From: an uncultured archaeon
Lineage (GTDB): Archaea; Aenigmatarchaeota; Aenigmatarchaeia; QMZP01; JACQNV01
Direction: 5' to 3'
Length of the DNA: 64,000 bases
NCBI GenBank assembly: GCA_964410585.1
Contig: CAYPFW010000002.1
Location: 64,001 to 128,000 of the forward strand
The position numbers and the translations under genes are program-made. The notes under the pieces are model-generated. The model saw only the letters and a program-made list of their open reading frames with translations. It made no database searches and had not been told where the DNA came from. Below are positions 58,235 through 64,000 of this stretch, in pieces (position 1 is the first letter of the stretch; the number at the start of each line of letters is the position of its first letter).

Positions 58235-58317
58235 AAAAGAAATGCATTCTTTGTGGTTGTCCAGATCATTGTCTAGTTGGTTGTATAAAACACAAGAGGG
58301 GAAAACATAAACACTAA
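58231..58317 (+). CDS. 28-aa Cys/His-rich micropeptide
   Basis: MKKKCILCGCPDHCLVGCIKHKRGKHKH; ATGA overlap with the upstream stop. Confidence 0.45.
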   Translation: MKKKCILCGCPDHCLVGCIKHKRGKHKH

Positions 58318-58619
58318 GACACAAAAACATTTCTAAGTTTCTCAGTGAAAATGCTTCTTGGATACACTTTGCATCCCACTTCTTTTGCTTTTCTTATCAG
58401 CTCTGCATTTTTATGTGAGCAAAATCCCAAAACCTTTTCTGGGAACCTTTTGGCAATATCAAAGCTTCCCTCTTCTTCCAAATCTAAAATTAGGTGGTCA
58501 AATTCGCCAACTAAACCATCGGGCGAATTAACAAACTCAAAATCTGCACCAAGCCTTTTCAACTCAGCCTCAATTTTCGCCCTGAAAAAGAGATCTTTGA
58601 CAAAAACTAGAATTTTCAT
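58314..58619 (-). CDS. receiver-like small protein
   Basis: DLFFRAKI, ILDL, GFCSH..A..GC..PRS. Confidence 0.7.
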   Translation of the reverse strand: MKILVFVKDLFFRAKIEAELKRLGADFEFVNSPDGLVGEFDHLILDLEEEGSFDIAKRFPEKVLGFCSHKNAELIRKAKEVGCKVYPRSIFTEKLRNVFVS

Positions 58620-58639
58620 AAAAACCTCATGATAGAAAA

Positions 58640-58894
58640 TCAGTAAACAGTGCTTCTATGATCTATTTTAACAATTCCAAGAAGATTGTTGCCCTTATCA
58701 ACCTCATATAAAATCCTATAATCACCAACTCTGACTCTGTAAATATTTTCAGTATATCCTTCAATTTTCTTCACTTCTTGTGGAAATGGGTTGCTTCTAA
58801 GTTCCTCTATCTTGTTGAGAATTCTCTCAGCTAATTTTTTATCTATTCTTTTGAAGAACTTTAGTGCTTGACTAGAATATCGTACTGTGAACAT
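58640..58894 (-). CDS. relE: RelE/ParE-family toxin
   Basis: NPFP..KKIEG, YRVRVGDYRILY, HR..VY. Confidence 0.9.
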   Translation of the reverse strand: MFTVRYSSQALKFFKRIDKKLAERILNKIEELRSNPFPQEVKKIEGYTENIYRVRVGDYRILYEVDKGNNLLGIVKIDHRSTVY

Positions 58895-59088
58895 TACAAT
58901 CCTAATTCTTTTTTTAGTTGCTCGTGAGAAATGAGTTTGCCTGAAGATTTCTCTTTCCTGTAAGCTAATAGTGACTCATAGTCGTCTTCAGTCATTATAC
59001 TATCTATATCTACCATATGATCTTTTATTTCGTGTATTTCTTTCTCTATTTTGTTCAATTTTTCCAAAACCATTTGTTGGGTGTCCAT
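58894..59088 (-). CDS. cognate antitoxin
   Basis: Acidic 64 aa, ends ISHEQLKKELGL, overlaps the toxin start. Confidence 0.8.
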   Translation of the reverse strand: MDTQQMVLEKLNKIEKEIHEIKDHMVDIDSIMTEDDYESLLAYRKEKSSGKLISHEQLKKELGL

Positions 59089-59153
59089 ATGGTTAATAAT
59101 TGTTCAGTGTATATAAATAATTTCTGATGATCATTCGACTAAAAAATAAAAAA

Positions 59154-59387
59154 TCCCGGGAGTGAGACACTCGAAAAGTTGGTAAACCAACAATTTATCG
59201 AATTCGTGGCTCAGTTCTTTGAACAGACCGCTTATGTATAATAGTTTTCTTTGGGTACGGTAGACTTTCTTTTTCTAAAAGAAAGGCTAGCACTCACGAC
59301 CTATCGGTGTCTGAACGATTGCGTTTGGCAAATGCTAAACTGCACGCGCCTACAGCCGATCGCTCTAAGCCACTGGGCTACCCCGGG
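59154..59387 (-). tRNA. tRNA-Tyr(GUA) with three introns (37/38, 53/54, 59/60)
   Basis: Acceptor CCCGGGG/TCCCGGG-A; anticodon stem ATCGG/CCGAT with GTA; T-stem GTGAG/CTCAC; introns 59349-59309, 59292-59203, 59196-59168 leave T-loop TTCGATT. Confidence 0.85.
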
Positions 59388-59475
59388 ATTGTATTATTTG
59401 CAACGAGTGATTTATATTAGTTTTTGGATGAGCAACTCAATCAACGCTTTTAATCCAATATATTCAACTAATTAT

Positions 59476-60645
59476 ATGAAATTTGTGATATTCCACGGGT
59501 CTTTTGGGAGTCCTGAAGGCAATTGGTTTCCAGAGCTGAAAGAAAAACTGGAGCATTTTGGTCAAGTTGTCCTTATTCCAAAATTCCCTGTAGACAGTTG
59601 GAATGAGCTGACAAATAACCCAAAAAAACAATTGAATCAAAGCCTTGAAAGCTGGCTCAAAGAGTTTGAAAGAATCCAAAAAACTTTCAAAAAAGACGAA
59701 AAACTCTGCCTTGTTGGTCACTCTCTTGGTTGTCTTTTCATCCTCCATGTTGTATCAAAATACAATATCAGCCTTGACAGTGCAATTTTTGTCTCACCCT
59801 TTCTGGAAAAACTAAACAAACAGTGGCAAATAGATTTAGTGAATAAAACATTTTACAAAACAGACTTTGATTTCAAAAAACTGAAAGCCTCAATCCCAGT
59901 TTCCTATGTTTTGTATTCAGACAATGATCCATATGTTGACAAAAAATATGCTTTGGATTTTGCTGAAAAAACAGGAAGCTCGGTGATTTTTGTGAAAAGT
60001 GCGGGACACATGAATGCTGAAGTCAACCTAAATGAGTTTCCTCTTGTCTACGAGCTTTGCAAAACAAGGCTCGATCTTTCCCTATACCAAAGCTACCTTG
60101 CACATAGAAGGGAGCTGTTCTCAGTCGACTACACAAAGGGAAAAACAGAAGAGATAGTTTTCATCGATCCAAAAGAAATAATTGACGAGGGTGTCTTCCA
60201 TTTCAGGAATCTCAAAAAATCAGGCTTCTGCACATTCTACACTGCACTGGATTTCTCAGACCCAGAATCAATATACATGAAAGAAGCAAGAAAGGCGGCA
60301 AAAAGAATCAAAGATCTGACTCGAGTTTTCATAGTAAACGATCTCGCGGACTTGGAAAAAGAAAATATTAGGAAACAAATCAAACTTGACATAGAATCGG
60401 GCATCCGCGTATATTTCTGCATGTTTGGTTCAGTAAAAGATTTGTCAGAACCTGATTTTGGTATTTGGGACGAAGACTATTTGTGCATTGTTAACTTTGA
60501 CAAAAACAAAGTGACAGGTGTCAAATTGACAAGCCGGGAAAAAGATATATCAGAAGCATTGAAGTGGAAGGAAAAAATTCTGAGCAAAGCAACAAAAATA
60601 AATTCAGAAAAAGATATAGAAGATTTTAGGAGAAAACATGAGTGA
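59476..60645 (+). CDS. RBBP9/YdeN-like serine hydrolase with an extra C-terminal domain
   Basis: HGSFG..NWFP, GHSLG, SDNDPYV, AGH; C-terminal DFGIWD. Confidence 0.85.
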   Translation: MKFVIFHGSFGSPEGNWFPELKEKLEHFGQVVLIPKFPVDSWNELTNNPKKQLNQSLESWLKEFERIQKTFKKDEKLCLVGHSLGCLFILHVVSKYNISLDSAIFVSPFLEKLNKQWQIDLVNKTFYKTDFDFKKLKASIPVSYVLYSDNDPYVDKKYALDFAEKTGSSVIFVKSAGHMNAEVNLNEFPLVYELCKTRLDLSLYQSYLAHRRELFSVDYTKGKTEEIVFIDPKEIIDEGVFHFRNLKKSGFCTFYTALDFSDPESIYMKEARKAAKRIKDLTRVFIVNDLADLEKENIRKQIKLDIESGIRVYFCMFGSVKDLSEPDFGIWDEDYLCIVNFDKNKVTGVKLTSREKDISEALKWKEKILSKATKINSEKDIEDFRRKHE

Positions 60646-60952
60646 ATTCATCATCATCTTAACAACAACAGACTCTGAAGAAAAAGCAGACAAAATAGCC
60701 TCTCATCTTCTAGAAAAAAGGCTTGCGGCTTGCGTGCAAATTTTTCCGATAAAAAGCTATTATAGATGGAAGGGAAAAATAGAAAATTCGAGTGAATTCG
60801 CCCTTTTCATCAAAACTAAAAAGCCAAAATACAAAGACGTTGAAAAAGAAATAAAATCAGTCCACTCATACGAGACTCCAGAAATAATTTCTATACCAAT
60901 TTTAGACGGAAGTAAGGACTACCTAAGTTGGTTATCAAAAGAAGTAGGGTAG
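60638..60952 (+). CDS. cutA: divalent-cation tolerance protein CutA
   Basis: RLAACVQ, SYYRWKG, HSYETPEI. Confidence 0.95.
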   Translation: MSEFIIILTTTDSEEKADKIASHLLEKRLAACVQIFPIKSYYRWKGKIENSSEFALFIKTKKPKYKDVEKEIKSVHSYETPEIISIPILDGSKDYLSWLSKEVG

Positions 60953-60954
60953 CT

Positions 60955-61284
60955 ATGAGAATATGGGATATAAATCCAGAAAAACTTTGTCGAAACCATC
61001 TTCTAGGTGAACATAGGGAATTACACGCTATTTGGTCCATACTCACCAAAAGCAAACGCGGATATTCAAAACACCCTGAAACCTTAAGGTGGAAAGGCAA
61101 ACTAAAAGCCCTTTACATAAGGCACGAAAAACTTTCCAGAGAAATTAAAAAAAGAGGCTATACTCACAAATCTTCTCTAGACAAAAAATTGGCTTCTGGA
61201 TCAGGAGTACAAAAAGAATTTTTACAATCCTGCTCTAAACAAAAACTAATATTAAAAAGGAAAGGATGCGATTGTAAAGTTTGA
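60955..61284 (+). CDS. pyrimidine-dimer DNA glycosylase/endonuclease V-like protein
   Basis: MRIW..L..HLLGEHRELH, HPETLRW, RGY.H.S. Confidence 0.8.
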   Translation: MRIWDINPEKLCRNHLLGEHRELHAIWSILTKSKRGYSKHPETLRWKGKLKALYIRHEKLSREIKKRGYTHKSSLDKKLASGSGVQKEFLQSCSKQKLILKRKGCDCKV

Positions 61285-61288
61285 GAAA

Positions 61289-61984
61289 CTATTTCTCCAA
61301 AACCTTCTTGGCCTTGTTCAACCTCTCATGTGTGTCTGTTGTTAGCCATGTAGTTTGAAACTTAAATCCATATAGCCTTCCCACTCCAGCGATTTTGGGG
61401 AAAACATCCTTTTCAATAGAAGACTTTCCTTCTGGAAGCAAATCCAAAGCTTCTTTCTCAAGTATATACAGGCCAGCATTTGCAAAGTTTGAAGGCGCGT
61501 CTTCTGGTTTTGGCTTCTCAACAAACCTCAGTATTTTCTCACCTTCCAATTCAACAACACCAAACTGTGACGTGTCCTCGACTTCAACAAGAGCCAATGT
61601 AGCCAATGCCTTGTTCTTCTTGTGATGTTCAAGCATTTTTGTTATGTCAACATCCTTTATTTCGTCTCCGTTGCACATAACAAATGTCGAGTCAAAATTT
61701 CTAGAAGCTAGTTTCAAAGCCCCTCCTGTCCCAAGCTCCTCTTGTTCTTGAGAATAAATAATTTCCGAACCTTTCCAATTAGATTCAAAGTGTTTCTTGA
61801 TTTGCTCTGACAAATATCCAACACCAAGAACAATTGTTTTCACTCCATGCTTTTTCATCAATTCGATATTATATTCTAAAATAGGCCTTCCGTTCACAGG
61901 CACCATAACCTTCTGTGTATCATATGTAAGCGGCCTTAACCTTGTTCCCTTTCCCCCACAAAGAATGAAAGCTTTTGTTAGCAT
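61289..61984 (-). CDS. sugar-phosphate nucleotidyltransferase
   Basis: GGKGTRLRPLT, LGTGGAL, NGD, FVEKP, NAGLY. Confidence 0.9.
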   Translation of the reverse strand: MLTKAFILCGGKGTRLRPLTYDTQKVMVPVNGRPILEYNIELMKKHGVKTIVLGVGYLSEQIKKHFESNWKGSEIIYSQEQEELGTGGALKLASRNFDSTFVMCNGDEIKDVDITKMLEHHKKNKALATLALVEVEDTSQFGVVELEGEKILRFVEKPKPEDAPSNFANAGLYILEKEALDLLPEGKSSIEKDVFPKIAGVGRLYGFKFQTTWLTTDTHERLNKAKKVLEK

Positions 61985-62013
61985 AGGTGATATTGAAGAA
62001 CGAAGTATATAAA

Positions 62014-62271
62014 TTATTTACTAAAAAACTTGACCAGCAAACACGACAATAGGTACGCATAAATAAGATGGGAAATGAAAAGGACAAAGAGACCAAATCC
62101 ATCCATTGTGTAGTTCCAGTAAAAATAGAAAATTGGGAAGTTGATTATTGTGCCGAAAAAAGTGATGTAGTTGCTGAAGTATAGACCAACGCCAACAGCA
62201 AGCTTCCATTTATTTGGAACAAAAAACTTAATCCAAGGATTCCTTTTCCACAATGGTTTTTTCTCTTTCAT
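62014..62271 (-). CDS. small membrane protein
   Basis: Hydrophobic; YAYLLSCLL. Confidence 0.55.
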   Translation of the reverse strand: MKEKKPLWKRNPWIKFFVPNKWKLAVGVGLYFSNYITFFGTIINFPIFYFYWNYTMDGFGLFVLFISHLIYAYLLSCLLVKFFSK

Positions 62272-62298
62272 ATAATATATGTCCTAGGCAAATAAAAA

Positions 62299-63564
62299 TT
62301 AAACTTCCTTTTCCCACTTCTCCCCCCTATTTGAAGAAAACAACTCATAGAATGCTGAATAAACATATATGCCTAGTATAGCTATCGTATACGGAAAGAA
62401 AAACGCGAGCGCGAAAATGACTTCTATTGTTATTTTTTTGGAAAATTTAATTAAAGACAGGATGGCAAAGGCATAGCTCATAGAGAAAACAATTATCACA
62501 AGCACGTTCAATGTGTTAGTTAGATAGATTCCTGCTCCTATTTTGTATATGAAATCTACCATTCCATATGGTGTCAGCCACTTGAAAAAATAAACAAAAA
62601 CATCATATGAAATAAAGTCGCCTTTTGAAAAAAAGTATTCAATATAGCCGCCAAAAATCTGGTACAAGACAATGGGCAAATACAAAAACGCGTGTATGAA
62701 CCAATACAATTGTGTTGGTATAGAATAGAAGCCAACAGCAGATTTCTTGAACAAAATGTCGCTGTGTTTTCTAATAACTTGAAGGGTCCCTCTATTCCAT
62801 CTTGTTCTTTGTTTAATCAAACCAGAAAATTTTTGCGGTACCCTTGTATATGCAATAGAATTTGGAACCATTTTTATTTTGTGCCCAGCCTTTCTCAAAT
62901 ACATGCATATATCATAATCTTCAACTGCGCTATCGCCTCTAAAACCGCCAACAGAAAGGAAAGCCGACTTCCTAAAAGCACTGAACCCCGGGACTATACA
63001 AGAGCCATTTACTTTGTCAACAACATATCTCCAAGAAGATGATATAGCATATTCAAATTGTTGGATCCAGTTTAGGACGCTGGTTCTCCTTTTTACCCTA
63101 AGCGTTGTCGAAACAGCTCCAACATTCTCATCTAAAAATGGCTGGGTCAAATTCTCCAGGGAGCCCCTTTCTATTTCTGTGTCTGCATCAAGAACAGCTA
63201 CTAAGCTATATTTACAATGCTTAATCCCAAGGTTGACTGCCAAACCCTTGCCTTTGTGTTCGCCTTCTATTAGTTTTACGTTTTTGTTTTTAGCTGAAAT
63301 TCCCTTTACAATTTCAGCTGTCCTATCTGTTGATCCATCATTCACAACAATTATTTCTATATCCTCTGAATATCCAGAATTTAGGATGCTTCTTATCGCA
63401 GATTCTATATTCTCCTCCTCGTTGTGTGCTGGGATAACTATAGAAATTGGTTGTTTGTTTTCTTTATTTTTTCTCGAAGATGGAACCAAAAACAAGATTA
63501 ACCAAGACGCATATAGAACCGTCAATATAACCATTATCGGTATCAAAAGAAAATCAACTGACAT
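62299..63564 (-). CDS. GT2 processive glycosyltransferase
   Basis: PAHNEE, DGSTD, DAD, VED, QRTRW, TM helices. Confidence 0.92.
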   Translation of the reverse strand: MSVDFLLIPIMVILTVLYASWLILFLVPSSRKNKENKQPISIVIPAHNEEENIESAIRSILNSGYSEDIEIIVVNDGSTDRTAEIVKGISAKNKNVKLIEGEHKGKGLAVNLGIKHCKYSLVAVLDADTEIERGSLENLTQPFLDENVGAVSTTLRVKRRTSVLNWIQQFEYAISSSWRYVVDKVNGSCIVPGFSAFRKSAFLSVGGFRGDSAVEDYDICMYLRKAGHKIKMVPNSIAYTRVPQKFSGLIKQRTRWNRGTLQVIRKHSDILFKKSAVGFYSIPTQLYWFIHAFLYLPIVLYQIFGGYIEYFFSKGDFISYDVFVYFFKWLTPYGMVDFIYKIGAGIYLTNTLNVLVIIVFSMSYAFAILSLIKFSKKITIEVIFALAFFFPYTIAILGIYVYSAFYELFSSNRGEKWEKEV

Positions 63565-63594
63565 AAGTGTAATCGTGTATCCAGATTAAAATAT

Positions 63595-64000
63595 CTACTC
63601 TGAAGTCTTTTTCCTGCTAAACAATTTTTTAAAGAACTCAGCTATCGATATGCTTCCCATTTTTGGTGTCCTTATCCATCCTCCTTTAAAGCCGAAGACA
63701 GCTTTGAAGAAAGCTATCATGTTTGTGAATGAGAGGATTATACCAATAATCATCGAAGAAATGAAAAGTTTTACAAAATCAGCGCCTTTGCTTGTTTTCC
63801 AAATGACCTCTGCCTCATCTGATCTATATAATCCAATGGCTATCAAAAACACAAAGCCAGATGTATATCCTATTGTGATAAGGAATTTTATTAAGTCTGA
63901 AAGCGCTAGAGGTGTTGGCGGAGTTAGAACCCAACCCAGTTGTCCTGTGAGAGCAACAAGAAAAACAATTGGAGCTGTTATGTATGATGAAGTGATATAT
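63595..64000 (-). CDS. C-terminal part of a membrane protein, probably a GT2 glycosyltransferase (runs off window)
   Basis: Frame open to the window edge; TM helices and WIRTPK. Confidence 0.65.
   Translation of the reverse strand, partial: YITSSYITAPIVFLVALTGQLGWVLTPPTPLALSDLIKFLITIGYTSGFVFLIAIGLYRSDEAEVIWKTSKGADFVKLFISSMIIGIILSFTNMIAFFKAVFGFKGGWIRTPKMGSISIAEFFKKLFSRKKTSE

Noticed and set aside
59251-59475. N-terminal 75 aa of the 464-aa ORF
   Set aside because: Overlaps the tRNA-Tyr on the opposite strand; the hydrolase fold starts at ATG 59476.
1541-63589. Many antisense or nested ORFs in the track (e.g. 1541..2044, 16577..17203, 37386..37838, 63014..63589)
   Set aside because: Shadows of motif-supported genes, with no recognisable features.
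1-64000. CRISPR array or cas genes
   Set aside because: No regularly spaced repeats or Cas motifs; the repeats found are dispersed.

Overview
AT-rich, densely coded window from an archaeal chromosome. Archaeal markers include rpl11/rpl1/P0/rpl12, aIF2-beta, uS15, MC1, egsA, a DGGGP synthase and a BHB-intron tRNA. Gene style suggests a DPANN, possibly Aenigmarchaeota-like, lineage (inference). Bases ~600-23100 form a metal/thiol-redox island: CopA, DUF411, two DsbA, TrxB, SufS, U32, hemerythrin, an MsrQ-like protein and BlaI/BlaR-, HxlR- and PadR-type regulators with visible operators. The island also holds an uncharacterised module of CxYCCG..CGCxH proteins, three proteins ending in PxMVGGC, an identical 46-bp leader and unannotated Cys-rich micropeptides. 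The rest is mostly housekeeping. Highlights: (1) a class II ribonucleotide reductase fused to an NrdR Zn-ribbon, with tandem NrdR boxes 31 bp apart in its own promoter; (2) a tRNA-Tyr with three introns, one carrying a dispersed repeat; (3) covarying dispersed hairpin repeats; (4) a soluble coiled-coil/tandem-repeat gene trio; (5) ether-lipid genes with a divergent cis-prenyltransferase. All calls come from reading motifs by eye; no searches were run.
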